Of a stretch of DNA of 64,000 bases, positions 13,030-26,349 are shown piece after piece; position 1 is the stretch's first letter; the number at the start of each line of letters is the position of its first letter. The position numbers and the translations under genes are program-made. The notes beneath the pieces were generated by a model, which was not told the DNA's origin, did no database searches, and saw nothing but the letters and a program-made list of their open reading frames with translations. This DNA comes from Lama guanicoe (Eukaryota): positions 781,168-845,167 of the forward strand of contig MU053482.1 in the NCBI GenBank assembly GCA_013239625.1, given 5' to 3'.

Positions 13030-13325
13030 TCACGTCTTGCACCTGCTCAGGACTTTACTTAAATATCATCTCAGTGAAACTGTCTTTGACATTCCCCACA
13101 CCCTAAATCCTATCTTATCCCCTGCTTTCTTCTTCTCCCTTATTCTTATCACCATCTAACATACTATACATTTTACTTACATAATTTGTTTGTGATGTAT
13201 TTTCCCTACTAGAAGGTGAGTTCTATGAGGGCAGAGATTTTGTTTGTTTTATTTACTGATATATCATCTTCAGTATCTAGAACAGTGTCTGGCACACAAA
13301 AGACAATATGTATTGAATGAATTAG
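13030..13325 (+). mobile_element. LINE-2 3' end
   Basis: ctagaaggtgagttctatgagggcagagatttt...tctagaacagtgtctggcacac...ttgaatgaat. Confidence 0.75.
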
Positions 13326-14457
13326 TTTTTTTCCCTTGGGATTGAAAAGCAAGGGCTACAGTAAGTCTGGGCAATGGGTGAGAAAAGTGGATTTTAGAAG
13401 GCAGACCTAGGATTAGGTCATAATAATTCTATCAGTTAGCATTTATTGAGCATGTATTATATGCCAGCCACCATGCTAAGTGCTTCAGGTTTTCTTCTTC
13501 AGTTTGTCATCATCAGAAGGACTTTCAGGGTCCAATTTTGAAGCTTTGTTGTTGATGCAATGATGAAAACTTCTCAATCTTTTTCACAGGATTTAATATT
13601 ATTAGTCACACTTGCATACCAGAGTTGTTCTTTGCTGATGCATAAAATCTGAGTTTTGCATTTCTTGAGAGTCAAGACACAAGTCAAACAGTAGAAGCTG
13701 ATGAAAGGGTTTACACATGAGACATCTAGATTCTCCCTTTGATCTGACACTGTCTTGAGTCCACCATCCCTTTGTCTGGCCACATACAGCCACATGGAGA
13801 ATATTTAGCCCAGAGATCAAGATAAACCACAGTTTCTATATTATGTGTCTTCTTGTTTAAACTGCAGTCGTCTGAATTTAGAAATGAAGATTTCTCCAAC
13901 ATACTGACATCTTCCCAGGTATGCACTGCTCCAGACTGGGGGACGCATTCACGTCTCCTCTTTGGGGATCCTGGGTAATCGTTGGTTCAGTTTCTTTGAC
14001 GTTTTCCTTCCCACCCTTTCATTTTGCAGAAAGCATGCCCTGGCCCACCTCATCATCCTCCTTTTGTGTTAAGACCCCTCTCTTCAGAAATGCTTGGCCT
14101 GACTTCGTTTTTAGCACCACTGAGAGAGACAGGATAGAAGCCCACAAATGAAGCCGTGGCTCTGACTATCCTTTTAGAGCAGAGGAAAGTCAGGACACGT
14201 ATAGACATATGCAGTGTGCCTCAGTTCAGTCTGAAAAAAATTTAGCATTCTTCAAGAAATGGGAATCCCACTGTCAGATTGGTTTTTTACATTTTGGAAA
14301 GTACAGCTGCTTGGTCTTGTCAACTGTAAGAAGCAAGGTGGAGAGTGAGGCCCCGGGGAGCTGCCCTAGCGAAGGGTGTAACAGAAGTCGACGTAACATA
14401 TGGGGCTTCTGCCCTCCCGCAGTGTGAGTGCCCAGTGAAATCCTGGGCAGAAGAAGG

Positions 14458-15402
14458 ATGTGGGGAAACTGGACAATTGTCAGCGAGTTCATTCTTGTGA
14501 GCTTCTCAGCCCTGTCCTCTGACCTACGAGCTCTGTTGTTTCTCCTTTTTCTGGCCATTTACCTGCTTACCCTAATGGGCAATGTCCTCATCATCCTGGT
14601 CACTACAGCTGACTCCGCCCTACAAAGCCCCATGTACTTCTTCCTCAGGAACTTGTCTCTCCTGGAGATAGGTTTCAACTTGGTCATTGTGCCCAAGATG
14701 TTGGGGACCCTGATCGCCCAGGACACGACCATCTCCTTCCTCGGCTGTGCTGCTCAGATGTATTTCTTCTTCTTCTTCGGGGCTGCGGAGTGCTGCCTCC
14801 TGGCCACCATGGCGTATGACCGCTATGTGGCCATCTGTGACCCTCTGCGCTACCCAGTCATCATGGGTCGCCGGGCCTGTGGCCAGCTGGCAGCTGCCTC
14901 TTGGTTCTCAGGGTTGCCGGTGGCCACTGTGCAAACCACATGGATTTTTAGCTTCCCCTTTTGTGGCCCCAACAGGGTGAACCACTTCTTCTGTGACAGC
15001 CCCCCTGTCATCGCACTGGTGTGTGCTGATACCTCGCTGTTTGAACTGGAGGCTCTGACAGCCACCGTCCTGTTCATCCTCTTCCCTTTCTTGTTGATCC
15101 TGGGGTCCTACGTCCGCATCCTCTCCACTATCTTCAGGATGCCCTCAGCCGAGGGGAAGCACAAGGCCTTCTCCACCTGTTCCTCCCACCTCCTGGTCGT
15201 CTCCCTCTTCTACAGCACTGCCATCCTCACGTACTTCCGGCCCCGGTCCAGCACCTCTCCTGAAAGCAAGAAGCTGTTGTCTCTCTCCTACACGGTGGTG
15301 ACCCCCATGTTGAACCCCATTATCTACAGCTTAAGGAACAGTGAAGTCAAGGCTGCCCTGAGGCGGGTCGTCCGCCGGACCCTGGGCCCTCAGAAAGGAT
15401 GA
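14458..15402 (+). CDS. OR10A4: Olfactory receptor OR10A4, intact, 314 aa
   Basis: ATG at 14458 gives MWGNWTIVSEF; the ORF-track GTG start at 14428 is rejected. All OR motifs present; matches recalled OR10A4 (ADSALQSPMY, FELEALTATV, FYSTAILTYFRP). Pyrimidine tract plus AG acceptor at 14421-14422. Confidence 0.95.
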   Translation: MWGNWTIVSEFILVSFSALSSDLRALLFLLFLAIYLLTLMGNVLIILVTTADSALQSPMYFFLRNLSLLEIGFNLVIVPKMLGTLIAQDTTISFLGCAAQMYFFFFFGAAECCLLATMAYDRYVAICDPLRYPVIMGRRACGQLAAASWFSGLPVATVQTTWIFSFPFCGPNRVNHFFCDSPPVIALVCADTSLFELEALTATVLFILFPFLLILGSYVRILSTIFRMPSAEGKHKAFSTCSSHLLVVSLFYSTAILTYFRPRSSTSPESKKLLSLSYTVVTPMLNPIIYSLRNSEVKAALRRVVRRTLGPQKG

Positions 15403-16066
15403 CTGACTTCGGTGGAAACTGAAGGGGTAGAATGCAAGGACAAAGGGAAAAAAGCAAGTTCCTCAAATAAGTCTTTGGTCTCTACTCTTGCCAGGAGCCA
15501 CAGTGCACCCACTGGGACTTTGGACTTCCCACTAGGATGCATTTAGGAATGAAAGAATGTGAGTGATGGAAGAAAGAACTTCCGTGGTTCCAGTGTTCTC
15601 CAGGGCCCCAGTGGTACCAATGTCTCTGAGGATGCCATTAGGATGCCACACAGATTAGCACCCTGTCTGAAAGTTGACAACTTCACTACAATTTTTTCAC
15701 CTCTTATTTGTTTAAACTTTTCTTAAGCTTTTTCATCCATGTATTTACCTTCTCCTACTTGTCCAAAAGTTCTACCTGGAACTTTGAAAGATCTTTTTGT
15801 TCGCAAGATAAAGTAATGATAATAAATAGTAAAGTTTGTTTCATTCTTTCAGTCTTTTTTTTTCAACAAATGTTTAGTTTTAGCTCAAACTTTCAAACTT
15901 TCAAAAATTTCAAAACTCAAATTCAAAATTTCAACAAATTTTTATTCAGCATTCAGTATGTGTCATATTATTTACAGCCTGAAGACACATTGGTGAATAA
16001 AACAGACAAATTTCTTGCCTCATAGAATTTATATTATGGTGAGAAAGAGATGAAATAAAGAGATAC

Positions 16067-16355
16067 TTTTTATTGACGTATAATCAGTTTACAATGCTGC
16101 ATTAATTTCTGTACAGCATAGTGATTCAGTTATACACACATATATATTCTTTTCATATTCTTTATCACTATAGGTTGTTACAAGATATTGAATATAGTTC
16201 CCTGTGCTATACGGTAGGAGCTTGTTGTTTATCTATTTTATACAAAGTAGTTAGTATCTGCAAATTCTGAACTTCCAATTCATCCTTTTATCCCCCTCAT
16301 TCCCCCCAACCAGTAACCTTAAGTCTGCTTTCTATGTCTGTGAGTCTGTTTCTGT
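16067..16355 (-). mobile_element. Short LINE-1 3' UTR insertion with TSD
   Basis: tttattgacgtataatcagtttacaatg... L1 tail; direct repeat agatacttt at 16061 and 16363, right copy followed by AA. Confidence 0.85.
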
Positions 16356-17127
16356 AATAAAAAGATACTTTAAATTTTCTGCTGGCTTGGAAAGTACACA
16401 TGTTTAGAGGGCTATCAGTTGGGGACTTCCTCTGCTACCATAATTGGTCTGTGCCTCACGGGGAGAAAGAGTACTGCACACTGACGACTGCCTCAATTGC
16501 AAATTATCCACCTTGGATATGGAAGTTGCTAGGCAGAAAGAGTGTAGAGGCATTCCAGGTTAAGGAGAAGTGAGCAAATTGTGGGAAACTGCTGTGAATA
16601 GCCCGAAGATTGTTTTCTAGATTTTTCTGGTAATGTTACTGTGTTTGGGTGAAATCAGCTGTCCTTTTCAGATGCATATCCTTCAACCAATTTAGCAGTC
16701 CCTCTCCAGGATTCTGTCAGTGATAGTCCAACCCCGGATTCTTGGTGAAGAGCAGACTTGGGACAAGGGCATCATACTTTGTGTAAATTATTGACGACAG
16801 TTTATTGATAATTAACAGAGTAAACTAGCACTTACTGCATGGGCACATCCTTTCCTCAGACTCTATAAGCAGCTCTAGCTCTGGGTGCCGGGGAGGTACC
16901 AGGACAGGATCAATCTCCCACTCAGAGTATCCTCCAGCTCTCCTGCAGCAAGGGCTCTGGAAGGCAGCACATTCTGAAATATCGCCATAAGACTTTGCAA
17001 GTGAAAAGGCAGATCGTGGGTTTCTATTTGCATGATGGCAATCACACAACTAAACAGATTGGCACTATTATAAAATTTTTAGCAAGCTTTAATGGCTCTT
17101 TCACTTTTATCTTACTTGACCTTGGGA

Positions 17128-17263
17128 TGGTAGGCAGAATAATGGTCCCCGCCAGAAGTTCACATCCTAGTCCCCAGAATCTGGTAAGTATGCTGCCTTA
17201 CATGGTAAGAAGGATTTTGTGGGTGTGATTGAATTAAGAATCTTCAGATGGGGAGATTATCCT
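17128..17263 (+). mobile_element. MLT1 (ERVL-MaLR) LTR 5' fragment
   Basis: tggtaggcagaataatggtcccc...gatggggagattatcctg is a recalled MLT1D-like start. Confidence 0.75.
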
Positions 17264-18031
17264 GTTTGTTTGTTTGTTTAATACAGTAACAGTAAATCAG
17301 AAGGTAGGTAGAAAATGAGCTTGAAATATTTATTCCCATGGCCTCCTCACCTTCATACACCTATGCCCACAGCACTGGTAACAGCTTCTCACGCCTGCTC
17401 CCCAGGATGCCACTATATCTTCTTGGTTTCCAAAGCCCTGTGTTTACCTTTATAAAAGTGTGTCCCGATAGAAACTCACGTCTTTAATAACAGCGTGAGT
17501 AGGACAACAGAGATCATATGTTCTGCTTCTTCCTACCCATGCTCATCACTCTCTACCTCAAACACACAGAGGTGCGTGTGTTTGAAGGTGCGTGTACACA
17601 CATACATATATGTAGCACCTAGCTCACAGTAAGTGGTTAAGTACTGTTTGTCAATTCATGATTATTTGATGATGCAAAGAGATTCAGAAATATCAAAAGA
17701 TAAAGGAGTTGGGGTGGGATCTGGGATAGATAATAATATACAGTATGATTTTAAAAAACAGATTTTATAGGTTCCAGGGTTTATAAAATGTCTGTGTTCC
17801 TCAGGGGATTTTAGAAAATCCTCTGGTGCTAAAAGACTAACCAGAAGAAAGCAGACCCTCCGTGCTAATGCTCCATGAATTATTGTCCTCTTCTACAAAG
17901 GAAGTGCTGGATGACGGATGGAGAATGGGTCCCCAAGCAAGTCCCAGGGGTGAAAGTTGTTCCATATTCTAGTCTTTCAAAGGAACCTACTCAGCATGTC
18001 TTACCAATAGGCAGCCAGGAAGGTCTCACTG

Positions 18032-18979
18032 TCAGTGGAAAATTCCAAGCCTGCATGGGAAGTTCCTGGGAGCCACTTTCCTCAGAGCTCCCTTCACATC
18101 CTTGTTTCTCAGACTGTAGATGATAGGATTAAGCATGGGGGTCACCATTGCATAGAACACAGATACCAGCTCTTTCTGTTCTTTGGAAGAGTTTGGTGTC
18201 ATGTAAGTGACAACTGCTGACCCGTAAAAAAGGATGACTACCACGAGGTGGGAGCCACAGGTCGAGAATGCCTTGAGCCTTCCTGCAGCAGACTTCATCC
18301 TGACCAGAGTTATGACGATGCAGCCATAGGAGACCAGAATTAAGGAAACAGGGATGAGAAGAATCACAACTCCCATGAGGAAAATGGCCAATTCTGAAGT
18401 GCGGGTGTCTGTGGAGGCCAGGATCAGCAGTGCGGGGGCCTCACAGAAGAAATGAGCAATGTGATTGCTGCCTCGGTAGGGTAGCCTCAGTGTGAAGGTG
18501 GTGTCCACCACAGATACCAGAATGCCGCTGGTCCACGATCCTGCGGCCAGCTGGATGCACATCCTCCAAGTCATGATGCTGGGGTATTGCAAAGGGTTGC
18601 AGACAGCTGCGTACCGATCATAGGACATCACTGCCAAAAGGACACACTGTGTGCACCCAAAAATGAGGAAGAGCAGAAGCTGTGCTGCACAGCGTGTGAA
18701 TGAAATGACTTTCTTCCTAGAGAGCAGGTGGACTAGGGCCTGAGGAACGATGTTGGTAGAGAAACAGAGGTCAGCCAGAGATAAATTGCAAAGGAAAAAA
18801 TACATGGGTGTGTGAAGCTGGAAGTCAACCTGAACAAGGAATATGAGAAGCAAATTTCCAAGTACAGTGACCAGGTAGACACCCAGGAATAAGATGAAGA
18901 GCAGTTGCTGGGTGTGTTGGTCATCAGAGAGTCCCAGAAGGAGGAACTCTGTCACCCGTGTCTGATTCGTCTGTCTCAT
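18032..18979 (-). CDS. OR2D2: Olfactory receptor OR2D2, intact, 315 aa
   Basis: [58 protein letters not shown]; matches recalled OR2D2 ([22 protein letters not shown]). Confidence 0.95.
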   Translation of the reverse strand: MRQTNQTRVTEFLLLGLSDDQHTQQLLFILFLGVYLVTVLGNLLLIFLVQVDFQLHTPMYFFLCNLSLADLCFSTNIVPQALVHLLSRKKVISFTRCAAQLLLFLIFGCTQCVLLAVMSYDRYAAVCNPLQYPSIMTWRMCIQLAAGSWTSGILVSVVDTTFTLRLPYRGSNHIAHFFCEAPALLILASTDTRTSELAIFLMGVVILLIPVSLILVSYGCIVITLVRMKSAAGRLKAFSTCGSHLVVVILFYGSAVVTYMTPNSSKEQKELVSVFYAMVTPMLNPIIYSLRNKDVKGALRKVAPRNFPCRLGIFH

Positions 18980-19846
18980 AGTTTGTCTCTTTTTTCAGTA
19001 CGAAGTCACTACACACTGAACATAGGTGTATACAGCCTGTAAATTGTACAATTCAGGGTTGGAGGGCTTAGGAATTGCCCTCCATCACTACCAGTTGTTT
19101 CAAGAATCTCCTTATGAGGTTTTTAGAAGATGATTGTGTGGCTTTAGTTGGAATGTTTTCAATGTTGCAAAACTAGCATCGTCGACAAGCATACAGTAGA
19201 TCAAAAGAATCATCTTCTTTATCTTAATATCATGTTTCTAAGAATAAAATAATAGACTGAAATCTCCTGTACAGGCATGCCATTTAATTTTGCTTTGTTA
19301 TCAACAAAACCCTCGAGTCTTATGCAGCCTTGGTCACACGTGCCCCATCTCATGATGCTGTAGATTTTTAAAAAATTCATTGTACATAACACTTCCTGTT
19401 GTTTCTTCCCTGAAAAAAATAGTCATTAAAGTATAAGAAATCAAAAACAGCCAAAATACCTTGCAGAACTGACTTTTTTTCTTGGACAACATGACCTATC
19501 TTGAAAGGGCTAGGAAACGTAGGGATGGTGACTCTGGATGGTGTGCCTGAACCTCTTGGACAGTCCTGTCCCCAGCTTCACCTGGAGCTCCGAATTGAAG
19601 TCTTAACCATCGGTGAACTTCCAAAATAGCAAACACACCATTACAACATTGCTTCCATTTTAAGCCAGCACCTTGTCTGGTTTTGTTTAGGATGAAGTAG
19701 CACTAATCCATCACTTCCAGCCCATCTTACCTCACTGTCTTGTTATCTGTCTACTTCTCCCAGAGACAAAAAATCTTTTAAAACTGTATCTATGTCTTTT
19801 TTCATTTTTGTGTTCTGTTTTAGACATAGCATAGAACTTTCTTCGT

Positions 19847-19977
19847 GGGGGGAGGGTATAGCTCAAGTGGTAGAGCACGTGCTTAGCATCCACAAGGTCC
19901 TGGTTCAATCCCCAGTACCTCCTCTAAAAATAAGTATATAAATTAAATAAATTACCTCCCCTGACAAAGAAAAACAA
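19847..19977 (+). mobile_element. tRNA-Ala-derived SINE (camelid Vic-1-like)
   Basis: A box tagctcaagtgg at 19859, B box ggttcaatccc at 19902, A-rich tail, 10-bp TSD aactttcttc at 19835-19844 and 19978-19987. Confidence 0.9.
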
Positions 19978-20369
19978 AACTTTCTTCAATAAATTATCAC
20001 TAGTAAAGAAAAATAATTTGATCACATAGTTTTCAGTAAAGTTGTTTAAAAAGCCTGCCAGTGTCCTTAGAGCGATTTGAAAGAATGTGGGAGCAATAAT
20101 AAAATTCTGTGGAGCTGATATAGCCAATATTTTATAATAACTCTAAGTGCAGTATAATCTTTAAAAATTTGTGAATCACTACTTTCACACCCGTAACATA
20201 CAATATTGTACATCATCAACTGTATTTCAATTTTTTAAATATGATATTGTAAAATAAATGCATAAATAAATTTTTAAAACATCTCATGGAGCTATTCCAA
20301 AGAAAAAAGAAGGAAGAAATTACTTTAAAATCTGAAGTTTAAGACCCAATGCAAATTTTGGGCTACAAT

Positions 20370-20836
20370 CCTTTATCTGTCTGGTAAAGGTGCTTGAAAA
20401 TACTTTTTACAATACATCAAATTAAAAATAAATTAATAAGTACATACATCATATAGAGTATACAGGATTACCAAGGAAACCATTTATTTAAATACACTTC
20501 CCAAAATAGTTTTAAAAAACAAGTATGTGCTATAATAATACATGTGCTTCTTAAAGACATTAAAATTTTTAATGTCTCAAGTCTAATAACCACCTTAATT
20601 TCAAAATGATGAGCTTAAATTATATTTTGAGATCTCTTCAACAACTGCAATGTTATTTTAAAATACCTCTGATTTCTGTTGGTGATGAAGTCACAGATGC
20701 TGCTGCTAGAGATGGTTTGTGTACTTACCTTCTAAGAAGAAAGAAATTTTGAATTTCAGTTAAAGTAGACAGAAAGAAGTAGCATTTACATCTATATTGG
20801 AAAACCCCCCCTGAATTTCAAGTTAAGAATTCCTGG
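20370..20836. mobile_element. hAT-Charlie-type DNA transposon remnant
   Basis: gatttctgttggtgatgaagtcacag motif and a terminal aagttaagaattcctg resembling a hAT TIR. Confidence 0.5.
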
Positions 20837-22569
20837 GCTAAAGGAATTCCCAGGAGTTTTCTCAAAAAGATATACTTACACTCTATGCGTCTGATAATGG
20901 AGTCTTAGGCATCTGGATGGGTCTGTGAGTCAGAATGGTGAAAGATTTCAGTTCATCATTGAAATAATAAGTGAATAATTATAATAAACATTAATTAACG
21001 TGAACAATCACATCCCTGCTTATGATTATTTACAGCTTCTTTATCTGACCACAGATCACCTTTCCAGCCGTTTTCCCTGCCACACACCAAGGACAAAATG
21101 CATTTTTATATTTCACTGCTTTTTGCTCAGCATACCCTCTCTATTCAGAAGTAAGCTCACTACACAGAGCTCTCACCGACCCTGGGAGTGCAGCATTAGA
21201 AGGCTACAGCCTGACCTTTCCTGATTTGTTTTTAAAAGCGTTTTATTTTCCCATGTAAGTGTGGAGGAGAAAATGCTCCCCCAGGTGACCATGAATCTGC
21301 CCCCAGAGTCAGGAAGCTTCTGTAAGAAAGCCATGTTTATTGTCAGTCTTTCTCTTCTGTTGTAGGAGAAGGATACTGAGGAAATCCATAGGAACCAAGA
21401 GAAAATACTAAATTTCCATTCTGAGTCTGAGACCTTTTGTGCTTGAAATCACCCATCCTCTACTCCCCATACCCATGTACTGTCTTCCAAGACCAGCTCA
21501 ACAGAGGCATGAGGATCACCGCCCCCACCCAAGGGATCAACACTGGCCCATGGAAGTTCTGCTTATGTCTCCATCAGGGGGAACCACAATTCTTCTTCAC
21601 AAAGATTTTGATGTCAGAATTGTAGTTTGTTAAGGTAGATCCACGGTGGGGAAAAAAAACCTTGGCTAGACCTATGACAGAAGATTTAGTAATAAGAATC
21701 AGACTGGACAAAATTAGTTGACTTTTAAAAATCAAAAATATGCAGAGATTGAAACCATATCACTCCCAGTATATGCCAGGTTATCCCCTTTGTTCAAAGC
21801 ATGACTTCTCTTTTCCTCGCTCTAATGATCTTACCAGCATTTTCTCATCTGGTGGAGGAAAAAGATCACATTAGCGTGGTAAAGCCAGTAAGACACCTCA
21901 GTGCTGAGGGGGAAACTGCTGCTGGTGTGCTGGCTGCAGAATGAGAAGAGGGATGCTGAGGTTTCTTGTCCTTAAGTCAGATTGCTCAGTGAAGTCTCTG
22001 AAGTCAAGACCAAGGACAAGGCAGGAAGGGGCACCCCCGCAACTCCTGTGTCCTCCCGCTCCATCCAAAGGTCTTATGGACTTTGAGGTATATCGTGCAA
22101 CAACAGGTCCGTTTAAACAAGGTAAACGCAGGGATACCGGGCGCAGTCTCTAGAGCACTGAAGGGCTCAGGAGAATTCTGAATCATTAGGGGGGAGCCCG
22201 AGTGGCATTTCCCCTCAGAAGGTTCCCACGTGGTAATGAGGAAGACAGAAAATAACATGTAATAAGCACTCACAGCTCCATTTATGAGCCCCATCACCAG
22301 ATTTCACATGTCTTCTCTTTGGAGATGTGCTATATTTTTGCAATTAAGTATTTGTTTTCCAGAGGAGAAGGTACTAAGTTGCAACCTAGGTCTATAACAT
22401 ACATACTCTATGTATGATTTTGAGGAATTTTATAATTTACAGAATGCAAATATTGTGTGCCTCAAATAATAATTAGATCCTGTAATTGTTAACATTTAAC
22501 CACATTTTCTTTATTATTTGTCTTTACTTACAGAGATATTGTTATTTTAATAACTTAATGGTGAGCTGC

Positions 22570-23560
22570 AGACATGCTGCCCAGAATGTATAAGGAACTC
22601 CCACAAATTTCTAATTAATTAATTAGAAAAGCCAGAAAATTTCAGTTTTTAAAATGGGCAAAAGACTTGAACATGCCCTTACAATATGGAAAATACAAAT
22701 AGATAATAAGCATGAAAAGGTGTACAGCATAATTAGCCACCAGAGTATGTAAATTTAAACCACAGTGAATACTACTAACCTTAATAAAAATGGATAAAAT
22801 TATTTTGGATGTGGGGTAGTTGACATGGGAGCAAAATTTTGTAAAAAATTTATAGAATGAATTTTAAAAGTCCATTTGGAAGTATCTGAAACTTACCTAA
22901 ACATATTGCCTTCCCTCCTACAACTCAGTAATTGTTTTCTGAATATATGCCATAGAGATGAGTGTTTAGATCCAGCACAATATATGTACAAGGATGTTAC
23001 AACAGCTTTATTCACAATAGCCAAAGGTGGAAGCAGTATACATTTCTATGGGCAACAGAAAGGATAAATTGTGGTATGATCAAGCAATGGTATACTATTG
23101 ACTAATTTTAAAAGAATGAGCTATTGCCACATAAAAACACATAGACAAAACTCATAGAACAATGTTTCATGAAAGAAGCCAGATACCCAAAGAAGTACAC
23201 AATGTATGATTTCATTAATTTGAAGCACAAGGACAGGGAAAACTAATTTATTTAAAATTCCAAGTCATGGTTACCTTTTAGGGAGCGTTAACTTGCAACT
23301 GAGTAGATGCCTTTTGATGTGCTGTGAATGTTCCACATTCTGATCTACATAATGGCTATGTAAGTGTACACATATGTAAAAACTTCTTGTTCACTGTGGT
23401 ACATCTTGGTTTTAATGAGGTTCATTGTGGTTTTAATATCTAACGATTGGAAATAACGCCAATGTCCATTAATATGAATATGGTGAAATAAATCATGGTA
23501 CGTTTATACCACAGAAAATAACCCATTTATTTTTAATGAGTTACATTTATATGTTCTGTG
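22570..23560 (+). mobile_element. Old L1M 3' region fragments
   Basis: aaaatgggcaaaagacttgaac, ttattcacaatagccaaa, aaagaagccagatac. Confidence 0.75.
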
Positions 23561-24136
23561 AAACCTCACGTAAACTACAAATATGCCAAACCACAAAGCC
23601 AGTAACACTATAGAATTCAAATTAATAGCATTTCCTTAATGTGATAGACGATGTTTTACTGAACCTAAATTGCCACTTGAAATATGATTGGAGGGCTAAC
23701 AGCTTCAGGGCATTTCCTTGAATCTTTTATTTTTGTATCTGTCTGTTTGTCTATCTATCTGTCTACCTATCTACCTATTGATCTATAGATATAATTGAAG
23801 TATAGTCAGTTTACAGTTGTTGTGTCAATTTCTGGTGCACAGCAGTCATACATGAAATACATATATTCATTTTCTTGAGCTGTACCTAAGATTGGTGCAT
23901 ATTACTGTGTGTAACAAGCCCTTCAACCAAGCTGCATTACTCAGTTAGAAAGTTGGTATCTGCAAAATCCAATAACTGCTCATTTTCATTTCTATTTAAT
24001 TATCATATAAGTGAAAACAAAAGTTTCAATGATTTGTGACCCTCTGAGAATATACCTGCTGATGTCATCTGAGTGACTTTGGTATAAGGTTTGAAAGAGA
24101 GGTGAGTATGATTTGGAGGCTTTAGTCTATGATTTC

Positions 24137-24248
24137 GTTTTTTGAGGGGATAATTAGGGTTTGTTTGTTCAGTGGAGGTGCTGGGGATCGAACCCAGGAC
24201 CTTGTGTATGCTAGGTATGCACTCTACCACTAGGCTATACCCTCCCCC
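24137..24248 (-). mobile_element. tRNA-Ala-derived SINE (camelid Vic-1-like), antisense copy
   Basis: Reverse complement reads ggggagggtatagcctagtggtagagtgcatacctagcatacacaaggtcctgggttcgatccccagcacctcc. Degenerate TSD agtct(a/g)tgat. Confidence 0.9.
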
Positions 24249-26349
24249 TCAGTCTGTGATCGCAAATAAAACACAAAGTGCCCGAGGGTGTCTCAGAGGA
24301 GGGAAAGGTACCAAAGTTGAGGGCTTTCAGAGCTCTAGGGAGTGCCCTGTTTACATCACTCTCAGAGCCTCTCTTTTAAATATTCCCTGGAAGGAAAGTC
24401 CTCTGTTTAGATCTGGGCCCTAGGAGAGCTGGAGTTTGCACCTCGATTCAGCTACGGCAGAAAGGCTTGAGATGGAGTCAAACTCTTAGGATGACTCTAG
24501 TGCAGGTCTGGGGAGGCACTGCTTAGAAGCCACAACTGGTGACGTCCTTCAGGAGTGGATCTGCAGGCTACGGAAATCCAGCCCTTGCTCCTCGATTCCT
24601 TCGCCAGTGACTCCTCAGTCCTTTTTCAGCTTTATGTCTGCCCTCAGGTGAGAGTGGGAAATCTCCGTCTGTAGGATTCTGCAAAACTGGTTGGGGATTG
24701 GGAGGTGGGCACAGTGTTGGGAAAGATGAGCCTTGTCATTCACTCTCTTACCCATCAATTTTGTCTTTGTTAGATTCCCATAGACAACGATCCTATTCCC
24801 ACTCTTCTCCTCCAAATCCCAGCCCCCAAATCCTCTTCCAGACTTTCTCCCTTAGGGATGAGGCTGTTTCCAGAGAGGTCACATGACTTTCCTCTAGCTG
24901 TTGAAAAGCCACTCTGCCTGGGTCTCCCCGCCCTCTGCTGTCAGCCGGTCAGTCTTCACCGTGTCCCCAGCTTGAATCTGTTCCACCATCTCCCAGTGAA
25001 CAGGCAGGGAGCTAGAACAATACTAGAAATCTTGCTTTGAGGAACCTCATCTGGAGCTTCTTGCTGGTGATTATACTTTGGGTCTAGGAGATGTGAAGGC
25101 ACCCGGAGTGTGTGGTACGCTGTCCAAGAATGCTGACACTGCCCCTCCAATCTCCTTGATGGGTTGGAGCAGATGGAGGAGAGAGGGTCCAGTTACAGTT
25201 AGTGCTGTCTTTCTAGTCCAGAGGAGGATGCTAGCCCCACTGCTGGTATCATCACAGGAATACCCCATTCTCTGACATCCTTCCCATATAAGTCAGATGT
25301 GGAGGCGTCCCCTATGACCCAGCCTTGGTCAGTACCCAGCAGGATCAGTACCTCCTCTGTGACTCCTTCTTTATGGTAAAAATTTGGAGGCCATGAGAGT
25401 TATATACTTAAGTACATGAAATAGTCACGTGAGTATATCTGCAACGTGTGTGTGTCTGTGTGAGATACAGCTTGCAAAGCTGAGTAGGTATACGCAGCCT
25501 GTGTAGTGTATGAATGACCAGGAATAATTCCCATGTATACAGTTGGGTGCATGTGAGACAAAGTCATTAAGAGAAGATATCTGGAAAGGCCCTATTGCTT
25601 ACAATTTTCTTAGGGCCTCAGAGGGATAAAAGATTCATTGTCTGCCCTTTTAGTTTGGGGAAAAAGCCAGGTCCTGTAGCCACTTCCTTCTCTGCTTTTC
25701 TCCACATCTCTGGAGCCCAGTCTGCTATGCTCAGCTTCTCCTCCCCGCTTTCTTCTAGCTTTTATTCTCATTATTTTGTTTTTCCCACCCATTTTTTCTT
25801 CCTCATTTTCTCTCTGTATTAAAGGGACACTGTTGCTGAATTAATTAGTAAGGTTGACAAAGTTATATGAAATCTTTAGAGTGGAAAGAATGCTTATCCC
25901 TGGCCTTCCTTGGAGTATAAATGATACTATATTTCATCTCATTTGGCTCCTTTTTCACTCACTTACCACTCTCCCTTCCTGTGTAGAGATTAAACCACAT
26001 TCTTCCCCAGGCCACATTTAAACACACATGTTCATTAAACGTGCAAGTCCTACCTTTGACAGGCAGAGCAATAACCGTTCTTTTCATGGACTGTATAGTT
26101 TCTACCTGGATTCTTAGTTTTGTTGTGCGTTAAAAGTTTATCAGTGTGGTAAGCGTATTATTTAAAGGAATCATTGAGAGAGACACTCACACGCATATAC
26201 ACACAAAAACACCTCACATGTTATTTTGCAACCCCCTTTTAAAACTCAGCAGTGTGTCAGACATCTTTCTGTAGGAAATATAGATCTACTCACGTTTTAA
26301 TGGCCCAGGGTTATGGCATCATCCTCATCATCACCATCACCATAGCAGG

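Noticed and set aside
14428..14457. GTG-initiated N-terminal extension of OR10A4 (and GTG at 29289 for OR2D3)
   Set aside because: Artefact of bacterial-style start codons in the ORF track; the downstream ATGs give normal OR N-termini.
19847..19922. tRNA-Ala(AGC) gene
   Set aside because: A-rich tail, TSD, a diverged second copy at 24137-24248 and an imperfect cloverleaf indicate a SINE.
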